Positions 13,100 to 21,739 of a DNA stretch of 64,000 bases are shown here, piece after piece. A program made the position numbers and the translations under genes. Numbering within the stretch: the first letter of the stretch is position 1; each line of letters begins with the position of its first letter. The notes under the pieces were generated by a model. That model was not told where the DNA came from, did no database searches, and saw only the letters and a list, made by a program, of their open reading frames with translations. The stretch is from Candidatus Ornithoclostridium faecavium. GTDB lineage: Bacteria > Bacillota > Clostridia > Christensenellales > UBA3700. The stretch lies in NCBI GenBank assembly GCA_018714045.1, contig DVNX01000113.1:11016-75015 (forward strand), read 5' to 3'.

Positions 13100-14311
13100 A
13101 TGAAATATACGTCAAGCGAAGTTCTTCAATACGTCAGAGAGGAAGACGTAAAGTTCATACGTCTCGCATTCACGGACGTCTTTGGCAATCAGAAAAACAT
13201 ATCGGTAATGCCGTCCGAACTCGAACGCGCGTTTAAGTTCGGCATAGCGATAGACGCTTCCGCGATCGCAGGCTTCGGCGACGTCGCGCACAGCGATCTT
13301 TTTCTGCACCCCGACCCGTCCACTCTTACCGTGCTTCCGTGGAGACCCGAACACGGCAAAGTCGTCAGAATGTTCTGCTCCGTGCTCTGCCCCGACGGCT
13401 CGCCTTTCGTAGCAGATACGCGCGGGATACTGATAAAGGCTGTCGAAACGGCTAAGCAAAAGGGCTACTCTTTCAACTTCGGCACCGAAATGGAATTTTA
13501 TCTGTTCAGGCAGGACGAACACGGCTACCCGACGAAGATACCATACGACAGCGCGGGATATATGGACGTCGCGCCTCTCGACAGAGGCGAAAACGTCAGA
13601 AGAGAAATATGCCTCACCTTAGAGCAGATGGGCATTATGCCGGAAGGCTCCCACCACGAGGAAGGTCCCGGGCAGAACGAAATAGATTTCCGCTACTCCG
13701 ACGCGCTGACCGCCGCAGACAATGCCGTGACTTTCCGCTCCGTAGTTCAGACGATAGCGGCGAGAAACGGACTTTACGCCGATTTTTCGGCTAAACCTCT
13801 TGCGGATGCACCCGGAAACGGTCTGCATATCAACGTATCCGTAGACGGCGGAAGACACGAAGAGACGATACCTTTCGTCATCGCAGGACTTCTGGACAAG
13901 ATACGCGATATCACCGTATTTCTGAACCCGACCGAAAGCTCTTACACACGCCTCGGCAACAACAAAGCGCCGCGCTATATCTCATGGTCGGGCGAAAACC
14001 GCTCTCAGCTGATAAGGATACCCGCCGCGGTCGGAGAATACAGACGCGCAGAACTGCGCTCCCCCGACTCTCAGGCAAACCCGTATCTCGCGTTCGCGCT
14101 CATGATATACGCGGGGCTTTACGGCATAGAAAACAAACTGCCGCTCCCTGAGCCCGCGGACGTAAATCTGTACACCGCAGACAAAAAGACTCTTTCGAAA
14201 TTCAAAACGCTTCCCGCCGATCTTGCAGAAGCCGTATTGGCGGCAACGACGAGCGGGTTCGTAGCAGACAGCCTTCCCGAAGAAGTTATCGCGGCATATT
14301 GCAAAGGCTAA
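13100..14311 (+). CDS. glnA: glutamine synthetase family protein (short type I-like)
   Basis: 403 aa with GS motifs FGTEMEFYLF, SHHEEGPGQNEIDF, NGLHINVS, SSYTRL and SWSGENRS. Confidence 0.8.
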   Translation: MKYTSSEVLQYVREEDVKFIRLAFTDVFGNQKNISVMPSELERAFKFGIAIDASAIAGFGDVAHSDLFLHPDPSTLTVLPWRPEHGKVVRMFCSVLCPDGSPFVADTRGILIKAVETAKQKGYSFNFGTEMEFYLFRQDEHGYPTKIPYDSAGYMDVAPLDRGENVRREICLTLEQMGIMPEGSHHEEGPGQNEIDFRYSDALTAADNAVTFRSVVQTIAARNGLYADFSAKPLADAPGNGLHINVSVDGGRHEETIPFVIAGLLDKIRDITVFLNPTESSYTRLGNNKAPRYISWSGENRSQLIRIPAAVGEYRRAELRSPDSQANPYLAFALMIYAGLYGIENKLPLPEPADVNLYTADKKTLSKFKTLPADLAEAVLAATTSGFVADSLPEEVIAAYCKG

Positions 14312-14344
14312 CCAACCAACTTACGGCAAAAGTCGGAGGAAACA

Positions 14345-14929
14345 ATGGACTTTAAGGAACGTGTTTACAGCGTGCTTACCGTGTCTGACGGAGAGAAGTT
14401 TTCCGCTTCTCTGTCTCCTTTGCTCCCCGAAAGAACGTTCTCGCCCGTTGTCCGCGTTCCCGACGTCGCGACAGCAAAGCGCGCTATGCTGGAAAGAGAA
14501 TACGACATAGTGCTGATAAACGGCACCCGCGCCGACGACCGCGCCGCGAAACTGGCGATAGACGTATGCTCCGACAAAAGCTCGGTCGCCCTTCTTTTCG
14601 TAAAACGTGAATTATATGCGGAAATATTCGCTAAGGTATCCGACTTCGGCGTACTTACCGTTCCCCTTCCGTCGTCGCCCCAGATGGTAGTCCAGGCTCT
14701 GGACTGGGCGCGCGCTACGAGAGAACGCATGAGGCGCTACGAAAGATCCGCCCAGACCGTCGAACAGAAAATGGAAGAGATACGTGCCGTAAACCGCGCG
14801 AAATGGCTTCTTATCGACGTACTTAAAATGACTGAAGCGGATGCGCACAGATACATTGAAAAACAGGCGATGGACAGATGCGTTTCAAAACTCGAAGTCG
14901 CAAAAGGCATCATAAATACGTATAAGTGA
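14345..14929 (+). CDS. ANTAR-domain RNA-binding regulator with a receiver-like N-terminal domain
   Basis: C-terminus EIRAVNRAKWLLIDVLKMTEADAHRYIEKQAMDRCVSKLEVAKGII is an ANTAR signature. The N-terminal half is receiver-like but degenerate. Confidence 0.8.
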   Translation: MDFKERVYSVLTVSDGEKFSASLSPLLPERTFSPVVRVPDVATAKRAMLEREYDIVLINGTRADDRAAKLAIDVCSDKSSVALLFVKRELYAEIFAKVSDFGVLTVPLPSSPQMVVQALDWARATRERMRRYERSAQTVEQKMEEIRAVNRAKWLLIDVLKMTEADAHRYIEKQAMDRCVSKLEVAKGIINTYK

Positions 14930-14946
14930 CATCAGATAAAAATCCC

Positions 14947-15016
14947 GCGCCGTTGATGTGCACCCCAAAAGTTAGACACTTTTGGAGGTGCACATCACGT
15001 AAAAGGCGCTTTTTTT
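14947..15016 (+). terminator. intrinsic terminator after the ANTAR gene
   Basis: Long nested hairpin GCGCC..GATGTGCACC..CCAAAAGT/ACTTTTGG..GGTGCACATC..GGCGC followed by T7. Confidence 0.7.
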
Positions 15017-15226
15017 ATTTCCCTTATTAAATGCCATGTTCTCACGTCGTCAGACATCGACCGTATCCGGCAGAGAGCAGCTTATCCTGCGCGCAATTTC
15101 GTTAATTGTTCAGTCGGTCGGTCGATATGCCGCGCGATAATTTATATGCAGCCGTGTTTTTCTCATTCAAAACACTTTCTGTCAATATCCCGTTTTTAAG
15201 TATTTGAACAATATCCCGACTTTCGT

Positions 15227-15255
15227 TTGCGTAGCGGCGCGCGTAGTGATATCAT
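15227..15255 (+). promoter_or_regulatory. candidate promoter of azlCD
   Basis: TTGCGT, a 17-nt spacer, then TATCAT. It lies 34 nt upstream of the azlC ATG. Confidence 0.4.
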
Positions 15256-15288
15256 ATTGTTTGCCGCAAACAGCGGATAAGAGGTAGT

Positions 15289-16113
15289 ATGCGTTTTAAA
15301 TACGGATGCCGCGACGGCGTACCTATAATGCTGGGATATCTGACCGTTTCTTTCACCTTCGGCGTAAGCTGCGTTGCTAAAGGCTTCGCCTGGTGGATGC
15401 CCCTTTTATGTTCTTTTACCAATTTCACGGGTACGGGACAATTTGCGGGAATGGATCTGATAGCGGCAGGCGGCAGCGTGGTCGAACTCATCGCCACGAT
15501 GCTGGTCATAAACGCGCGTTACTCGCTGATGGGAATATCTCTTTCACAGAAACTGGAAGGTAAGACGACTCTGTTGCAAAGACTTGTCATCGCCTTCGGT
15601 CTTACGGACGAAAACTATGCGGTCGCGATAAGACAGCCGCGCGACGTCTCTTTCGAATACTTTCTGGGCGTATCTCTGACTTCTTTTTCGGGTTGGGTCG
15701 CGGGCACTCTTCTGGGGACGCTCGCGGGAAACGTACTTCCCGAAAGTCTGCTCAGCGCTTTCGGCATAGCGCTGTACGCAATGTTCATCGCGATAGTCGT
15801 CCCACCGTGCCGCACCTCGAAGGCGATTTTCACGGTAGTCCTCACCGCGATAGCGATGAGCTGCCTTTTCTATTACGTTCCCGTACTTAACGGTCTTTCG
15901 TCGGGCTGGTCGATAATAATATGCGGAATAGTCTCTGCTCTTATCGGAGCGATATTCTTTCCGATAAAACAGGACGGCGACAGCGAAAACAAACCAAAAG
16001 ACGGAGTGATATTCGGCGGTAAAAAAAGCAACGAATACCCCGAAGAAACGTATACTGGTCGCGAAAATGTCGCGGGCGACGCAAATAACGACGCCAAAGG
16101 AGGCGCGCTGTGA
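15289..16113 (+). CDS. azlC: AzlC family branched-chain amino acid permease component
   Basis: 274 aa and polytopic, with N-terminus GVPIMLGYLTVSFTFGV typical of AzlC. Overlaps azlD by 4 nt. Confidence 0.8.
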   Translation: MRFKYGCRDGVPIMLGYLTVSFTFGVSCVAKGFAWWMPLLCSFTNFTGTGQFAGMDLIAAGGSVVELIATMLVINARYSLMGISLSQKLEGKTTLLQRLVIAFGLTDENYAVAIRQPRDVSFEYFLGVSLTSFSGWVAGTLLGTLAGNVLPESLLSAFGIALYAMFIAIVVPPCRTSKAIFTVVLTAIAMSCLFYYVPVLNGLSSGWSIIICGIVSALIGAIFFPIKQDGDSENKPKDGVIFGGKKSNEYPEETYTGRENVAGDANNDAKGGAL

Positions 16114-16427
16114 GAGTCTTAGACGTAGTATGGAAAATAGCTCTTATGGCGGCGCTGACCTACCTTTGCCGCGCTGTCACGCTGGTACTTGTACGCAAGA
16201 AGATAACCAACGTGCGGATATTGTCGTTTTTCGAATACCTGCCTTACGGCGTGCTCAGCGCAATGGTGTTTCCCGTCGTGTTCTACTCTTCGGCAAGTCT
16301 TGTATCCGCGCTCGTCGGCACTCTCGTCGCGGTCGTGCTTTCTTTCTTTAAAAGAGGTCTTCTGACTGTCGCGCTGTCAGCTACCGCCGCGGTTTTCGTT
16401 ACGGAACTTATAATGACTCTCGTTTAA
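16110..16427 (+). CDS. azlD: AzlD family branched-chain amino acid transport protein
   Basis: 105-aa hydrophobic protein translationally coupled to azlC. Confidence 0.75.
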   Translation: MRVLDVVWKIALMAALTYLCRAVTLVLVRKKITNVRILSFFEYLPYGVLSAMVFPVVFYSSASLVSALVGTLVAVVLSFFKRGLLTVALSATAAVFVTELIMTLV

Positions 16428-16485
16428 CCTGTTTTGTCTGATTTTTCAAATTAAGCGTATCTTCAAACTGAAGATAAATGATCGT

Positions 16486-16521
16486 AAAAAAACGGACGGC
16501 TGAGCCGTCCGCGTTTCTTTT
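16486..16521. terminator. bidirectional intrinsic terminator between azlD and the YegP-like gene
   Basis: CGGACGGC-tga-GCCGTCCG hairpin flanked by an A7 run on one side and a T-rich run on the other. It sits between convergent genes. Confidence 0.7.
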
Positions 16522-16530
16522 CGCTATTGA

Positions 16531-16938
16531 TTATTTGTATTCCTCTTCGGATACCATATCCGCGCCGGGCGCCCATTTAGCAACGCTGGCGATGCCCGCC
16601 TTGCAAGTAGCTTTGCTGGCGTAGCCCTCTTCAGATATGCAAAGAAGGTTGCCGTTGTTGGCTTTCAGACGGTAGCGGAATTTTCCCTGTTTGTCGAGAT
16701 ATATCTCGTACTTGGGGTTGGTAAGAGTCTCATATCCACGTGCGAGAGTCTGATCCTCTATCTTGTCTATAGTGCAGAATTTGCGGACGGAATCAATACC
16801 CGCCTTACAGCTTTTGAGATCTGAATACGCGCCTTCGCAAACCGCGATCGTCTCCTTGTTGGGAGCTTTTAGTCTGAAATTGAAATTACCCTTAGCCGTC
16901 TTGTAATAGACGAAAGTACCTTTAAGTTCGTATGCCAT
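16531..16938 (-). CDS. YegP-like protein (tandem DUF1508 repeats)
   Basis: 135 aa with two internal repeats (FRLKAPNKETIAV.EGYS.LKSCKAGIDSV and YRLKANNGNLLCISEGYASKATCKAGIASV). Confidence 0.7.
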   Translation of the reverse strand: MAYELKGTFVYYKTAKGNFNFRLKAPNKETIAVCEGAYSDLKSCKAGIDSVRKFCTIDKIEDQTLARGYETLTNPKYEIYLDKQGKFRYRLKANNGNLLCISEEGYASKATCKAGIASVAKWAPGADMVSEEEYK

Positions 16939-17026
16939 AAAATTCTTCTCCTTTATATTGCCGACGCTGTCGGGCTGATCCGGATTTAACGAAAATGCAG
17001 CCTCAAACCTTCCCTCAACCGTATTT

Positions 17027-17055
17027 ATTATAACTTTTATTCACTGCCGTGTCAA
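17027..17055 (-). promoter_or_regulatory. sigma-A type promoter of the YegP-like gene
   Basis: Minus strand has TTGACA, a 17-nt spacer, then TATAAT. Confidence 0.6.
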
Positions 17056-17097
17056 CCCCGCATTCCCTTCCTCAGTCGCAGTATGAGCCGATTTTTC

Positions 17098-17373
17098 TTA
17101 AATTTTACACACCTTGTCCGATCGGTAAACTTGCGGCACGCGATACGACGTGCCGCAAACGGGAGAAGTGTATGCTTCTACGTTCTTCTTTTGCGCCGTA
17201 TGCGGATAATATGCCGGCTTGCAGTTCATATACGTCTTGTCCCTCATTATCTCTCGCGATATGGTGCTCACGTTTCATTCCGTTAGCTCTGCTATCTTTC
17301 TTAAACTATTGCCTTCATTGTAGTATTTTCGTAGACAACAGCGCTCTTCTATGCTAAGTTTTGTATAGTTCAT
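17098..17373 (-). pseudogene. IS30-family transposase remnant (N-terminal HTH only, with an in-frame TGA)
   Basis: Minus strand translates as MNYTKLSIEERCCLRKYYNEGNSLRKIAELTE*NVSTISREIMRDKTYMNCKPAYYPHTAQKK..., an IS30-type N-terminal HTH. In-frame TGA at 17277..17275. The frame ends after 91 codons, with no DDE domain and no inverted repeats seen. Confidence 0.6.
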
Positions 17374-17514
17374 ACATTAACTACTGTTTTTTATTTAGAG
17401 CTAACTACATTATACAGCTGTTTTTGTATGAACTCTTTTCTTTGTCAAAGTATTGCACTTGAAAGTATACCAGCCTCTATTGAACCACGCGACTATCACG
17501 TGGTTTTCAAATTA

Positions 17515-17543
17515 CAAAAAATACGTACGGATCGTACCGTCCG
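17515..17543 (-). terminator. candidate terminator of the glycoside hydrolase gene
   Basis: Minus strand has an ACGGTACG-atc-CGTACGT hairpin followed by ATTTTTTG. It lies 27 nt after the stop codon. Confidence 0.4.
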
Positions 17544-17569
17544 CATCTTATCGCGCATAGAATTTCGTC

Positions 17570-19468
17570 TCATCTTACATTATCGGAAAATCTTATCTCC
17601 TGTCCTTCAAGCCATCCTTCCACACGACCTACGACGGGCAGATCGAAAGAGTATTTCCTTTTCTTATTACCTGAGTTTCTCAGCATAAGAACGTACTTGT
17701 CGCCCTTTATCGCGATATAACCGTATACCTCTCCCCGTTCAGGTCTTCCTCCGAAAAATCGGGAATTTCCCAGAACGTCCGCATGCTTTTTCGCAAAGCC
17801 GAGTTCTCTTGCGGCTATCTTCCACTTTTCGTCCGTCATCATCTCAGGAGAAAAATACAGTTCAGCCAATCCGCTGCCGCGCATGAGGCAACATCTGAGA
17901 TAAACTGAAAATTCCTCATCCGTGTAGGTTATCGGCTTGTTTTTTGCCGCGTCTTTCCTGCTTGCGTAATTTCTCGCCGCATAAGTCGGCTCATGATTGT
18001 AAACGTGCGCGGCGGGGAACTGATATTGCCTTTTTATAAACAGATCGCGATATCTGCCGTCGCGGTAATTGAGACACCTCTGCATATTGCTTCCCTTGCC
18101 GACGAATTCCATATCTGAAGCGTTGTTCATCCATACGAAATCTGCGTACTTTAAAAACCAAGGCGAAAGATGAGCGTAAGAGGTCACGTTGAGGCATACG
18201 TTTTTGTTCGCCTCTCTTATCTTTTCAAAGCCCTTTATCCAGCGTCTCCACAGTCCTGCATAAAAAGCCCTGCAGTCCCTGTCCGCAGGCGCGTGCCTGT
18301 GCGCGGCGCTTTTACACGGTTTATATGCAAAGCCGTCTATTTTAAAATAATCCACGTCGTATCTCTTGCAGAAATCAGCCATCTTTCCGCACAGGTCCTC
18401 TATATATCTCGCATCCGCGGTGCATATATCGCGTGAATCTTCGTTGACGCCGTAGCCTATGCTTTCGAGCAGTTTTGCGTATACGTAGGTCTGACTCGTA
18501 TAACCGCCGCGGGGGCCGAACCATACGCCGAAAGTGCTGCCCAGCTCTTTGACCAGTTCTTTTTCTCTTTCGAATCCTCCGTCGAATTTCTTGTTGAATT
18601 CCCAGAAAAGCGGCTTATCGTATTCCGTCCAGCCGTCGTCTACCACGTAGCAATCCAACGCGCCGAGTCCTGCTCTCTTCGCGCCTTCGGCAATAAGCCT
18701 GAACGACTTCTCTATCCGTTCGTGCGTGATATCCAGTTTATTGTCGTACCAGCTGTTGTACTGTATCCTGAACAAAGGTCTGCGAACGTTTTCGTAAAGA
18801 TAAGAAAAGAAGCTTTCGCGTACGCTCTCGTACCCTTCGGACAAAGCCGCTCCCGCAACAAAGCTTTCGGTTTCGAAAACTCCGCCCTGTTCTGAAACGG
18901 GGTATTTTTCGTTCATGCAGAAAAAGTCCGCGACCTTACGCTTTATAAAGTTGTCTCCCACGGGAGATTCGAGTCCGAAAAACATATCTCCTATATATAC
19001 GGGTTGTCCCAGCCTCGCTATTTCAGCAGGTATAAACGTATCGCCCGCAAGCGGCGCAGACCACGAAAAAGCGGCTTTCGGCACGGCGACGCGCGCGATA
19101 TACACGCCGTCGGGCGCGGTTTTTCCGTCCGTCTTTACCGTTATCTTTTCGCACAGCGTTCCGTCTTTTCTGCTCTCGTCGTAACTTTCGGTCACGGTAA
19201 CGCCTTCATATACGTATCTTAAGATTTTTCCCTCGCGGTCTGCCTCGACAAGACAGTTTTCCGCGCTCACAAACGTCTTTTTCCTGAACCTGCGGGTGGT
19301 ATCGCGAAAGACTATCCTGAAGCCTTCAGTAACGCGATATTCTCTGCCCGTAAGCTTATTCAGATAACAAGCCCCTGCGTATCTGTTGTCCTTTAAAAAT
19401 ATTTTTTTAGCGACTTTCGCGTTTTCTACGACGACGGTCTTTAAACCGTCTTTTTCCGATATTTCCAA
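17570..19468 (-). CDS. glycoside hydrolase, alpha-galactosidase-like (GH36/clan GH-D-like)
   Basis: 632 aa with CYVVDDGW and YFKIDG motifs typical of the melibiase fold. TTG start with GGAG upstream. Family assignment is tentative. Confidence 0.55.
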   Translation of the reverse strand: MEISEKDGLKTVVVENAKVAKKIFLKDNRYAGACYLNKLTGREYRVTEGFRIVFRDTTRRFRKKTFVSAENCLVEADREGKILRYVYEGVTVTESYDESRKDGTLCEKITVKTDGKTAPDGVYIARVAVPKAAFSWSAPLAGDTFIPAEIARLGQPVYIGDMFFGLESPVGDNFIKRKVADFFCMNEKYPVSEQGGVFETESFVAGAALSEGYESVRESFFSYLYENVRRPLFRIQYNSWYDNKLDITHERIEKSFRLIAEGAKRAGLGALDCYVVDDGWTEYDKPLFWEFNKKFDGGFEREKELVKELGSTFGVWFGPRGGYTSQTYVYAKLLESIGYGVNEDSRDICTADARYIEDLCGKMADFCKRYDVDYFKIDGFAYKPCKSAAHRHAPADRDCRAFYAGLWRRWIKGFEKIREANKNVCLNVTSYAHLSPWFLKYADFVWMNNASDMEFVGKGSNMQRCLNYRDGRYRDLFIKRQYQFPAAHVYNHEPTYAARNYASRKDAAKNKPITYTDEEFSVYLRCCLMRGSGLAELYFSPEMMTDEKWKIAARELGFAKKHADVLGNSRFFGGRPERGEVYGYIAIKGDKYVLMLRNSGNKKRKYSFDLPVVGRVEGWLEGQEIRFSDNVR

Positions 19469-19646
19469 AACCTTGCTCCGTTTTTTCTTTATTTTAATAC
19501 CAAACGCGCAAAAAAGCCATAGGGTTTTTATAACAGTTTTTATAAATTATAAATCGGATTTAAGTCGCAACGCGTATTTACGCGCGAAATTATATTAGAG
19601 ACCGCAACAACGCGACATATGCGGTCCGCATCGTTTTCATCCGATC

Positions 19647-21068
19647 TCAATCTCCGAATTTGCCGAAAAACTTCGCCGCGACCTCTTTGCCTCCCGTTTC
19701 CGTTATCCTGCCGCCGCTTACGACTGCCGCCCTGTCGCAAAGCGCGTCTGCGCACCTTACGTCGTGAGTCACGGTTATGACCGTGTTGCCCGTTTCTTCG
19801 TGGATCTTATTTACGAGTTCGGTAAGCCTTTTAAGATTTTCGTAATCCTGTCCTACCGTAGGCTCGTCGAGAATAAGCACGTCGGGAGCCGAAGCGCATA
19901 CCGCCGCTACCGTCACCAGTCTTTTCTGACCCTCGGACAGCGATTGCGGGTGCCTTTTAAGCAGTTTTTCCAATCCGAACAGTTTCGCAGTCTTTGCCGC
20001 GAGATCCTTATTCTTCGCGCCGAAAGCTATCTCCTTCTCCACGGTCGGCATAAACAGCTGATAGTTGGGGTTCTGATAAACGACGCCTACGCGTTTAAAC
20101 CATTTTCTGTTTCCTCTTTTTCTGTCGAATTTCGGATCGAGGAATTGCCTGATCTCGCCCTGAGAAGGTCTGCTCAGCCCTGCGATAAGCCTCGTTAAAG
20201 TCGTCTTGCCGCTTCCGTTTTCACCCAGGATCAACAGCCTTTCGCCCTTATAAACTTCAAGGTCAACGCCCGTAAGTATTTCCCTGCCGCCCGCCGAAAA
20301 TCCGACCTTTTCAATGCTGAAAAGTTTTTCCGCAGTCGGTTTCGACTTGCAGCTGTCCTCTATCCTTTCGGCACGCTCACGCATATAAGCGGCTTTGTCG
20401 TCTGTTTTTGAGAGCCTGCCGTTTTCCATATGCCATATCGTGTCTGCATACGGCGCGACTTTATCGACGCGGTGTTCGGTGATAAGCACGGCGTATCCCG
20501 CAGCCGCCAGTCTTTTCAGCGCGCCCAGAAGCAGTTCCGTCCCCTCGCCGTCAAGGTTCGCGAGAGGTTCGTCCAGCACAATTATCTTCTGATCGGTCGC
20601 GAGCGTGCAGGCGGTCATAAGTCTTTGCTTCTGCCCTCCTGAAAGAGTGCGCGTATCCCACGACGGAGACAGGCTCATCATTCCGCACGCCCTCGCAATG
20701 TTTTCAGCGATCTTTTCGCGAGGCATACCGAAGTTTTCGCAACCGAAAGCTATTTCGTCTTCTACCGTATTCTGAATTATCTGCGCGTCCGCGTTCTGCA
20801 ATACAACGCCTACCTTGCGGCATATTTCAGCCATCGTCATACCGCCGATATCTTCGCCCGAAACGTACGCTTTCCCTGAGATATCGCCTGAAACGACGTG
20901 CGGGATTATACCGCAGATCACAGATAAAAGCGTACTTTTACCGCTGCCCGAACAGCCTGAAAGCAAAGCGACCTCGCCGTAATCGAGCTTAAAATCCACT
21001 CTGTCGAGAGCGCGTTCAGCCTGACCATCGTAACGGAAACTCAGTTTTTTTGTCATCACCGCGTTCAT
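19647..21068 (-). CDS. ECF-transporter ATPase, fused duplicated EcfA-EcfA'
   Basis: 473 aa with two Walker A sites (GCSGSGKST, GENGSGKTT), two LSGGQ-like signatures (LSGGQKQR, LSEGQKRL) and two Walker B sites. Confidence 0.85.
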   Translation of the reverse strand: MNAVMTKKLSFRYDGQAERALDRVDFKLDYGEVALLSGCSGSGKSTLLSVICGIIPHVVSGDISGKAYVSGEDIGGMTMAEICRKVGVVLQNADAQIIQNTVEDEIAFGCENFGMPREKIAENIARACGMMSLSPSWDTRTLSGGQKQRLMTACTLATDQKIIVLDEPLANLDGEGTELLLGALKRLAAAGYAVLITEHRVDKVAPYADTIWHMENGRLSKTDDKAAYMRERAERIEDSCKSKPTAEKLFSIEKVGFSAGGREILTGVDLEVYKGERLLILGENGSGKTTLTRLIAGLSRPSQGEIRQFLDPKFDRKRGNRKWFKRVGVVYQNPNYQLFMPTVEKEIAFGAKNKDLAAKTAKLFGLEKLLKRHPQSLSEGQKRLVTVAAVCASAPDVLILDEPTVGQDYENLKRLTELVNKIHEETGNTVITVTHDVRCADALCDRAAVVSGGRITETGGKEVAAKFFGKFGD

Positions 21069-21739
21069 AATACCACCGCCAATACCGATCCCGCAACGAG
21101 GATAACGGCAAACGCCGCGTCCTTGACAGCGAATTTCACGTCGCGGTACACGGTATAATTTTTGTCATCGGCACTGAAGCCGCGCGTTTCTACGCTCAGA
21201 GCGAGAGTGTCCGAAATGTTTACCAGTCTTACCACGAGCGGCACCAAAAACGCCCTGTGAAATATCTTAGGGTTTAAAGCATTGCCGGCGCCGCGCGTTT
21301 TCATCGCTTCCCTTATCCTCTGAGTCTCCTTTCTCAAAAGCGGAAAAAAGCCGAGAGCTATCATCATTCCCAGCGTCAACATTCTGGGCGCGCGTAACCC
21401 CGACAGATTTCTGACAAGAAGCATAGGTTCGAGCGCCAGTCCGGGGATCAGCGCGACGGATACCGCGAGTATCCTGTTCGCCGCCGCAAAAGTCGAAACC
21501 GCGTCTTTTGAAAGCGCGTAGGTGATCCCGCAGAATATGGCGCTCATGATAAGCGCGATCGGCAGCACGGCAAGACAACTTTTCCAGTATCCGAACGCAA
21601 GGAAAAGCAGCCACACGCCCGCCGCAAAGAAAGTCGAAGCCGCTGTCTTAGCCGTTACCAGCCCGACCACGAGTATCACGACGGCGGAAATCACGCTTAA
21701 GACAGGATATACGGGATTTTTGACTTTGAGCGTTCCCAT
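21065..21739 (-). CDS. ECF transporter transmembrane (T) component, EcfT/CbiQ family
   Basis: Starts MGTLKVKNPVYPVLSV...; polytopic, with an ...AMKTRG... motif. The ATG at 21739 overlaps the upstream stop by 1 nt. The longer track start is rejected. Confidence 0.75.
   Translation of the reverse strand: MGTLKVKNPVYPVLSVISAVVILVVGLVTAKTAASTFFAAGVWLLFLAFGYWKSCLAVLPIALIMSAIFCGITYALSKDAVSTFAAANRILAVSVALIPGLALEPMLLVRNLSGLRAPRMLTLGMMIALGFFPLLRKETQRIREAMKTRGAGNALNPKIFHRAFLVPLVVRLVNISDTLALSVETRGFSADDKNYTVYRDVKFAVKDAAFAVILVAGSVLAVVL

Noticed and set aside
17049-17357. 102-aa and 67-aa plus-strand ORFs
   Set aside because: They overlap the minus-strand IS30-type HTH remnant and the YegP-like promoter. 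They have no SD and no recognisable motifs.
17483-17507. Plus-strand hairpin AACCACG-9 nt-CGTGGTT followed by TTC
   Set aside because: It is terminator-like, but no plus-strand gene lies upstream and the U-tract is short. It is possibly a relic associated with the IS scar, and there is not enough evidence to call it a feature.
17428-17688. 86-aa plus-strand ORF
   Set aside because: It spans an AT-rich intergenic region and runs antisense into the 3' end of the GH36-like gene. It has no SD.
19469-19646. Intergenic region between the ECF ATPase and the GH gene, inspected for a promoter or terminator
   Set aside because: Only weak candidates are present: a GACCGCA..TGCGGTC hairpin without a good U-tract, and AT-rich -10-like hexamers without a matching -35. 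Nothing is strong enough to report.
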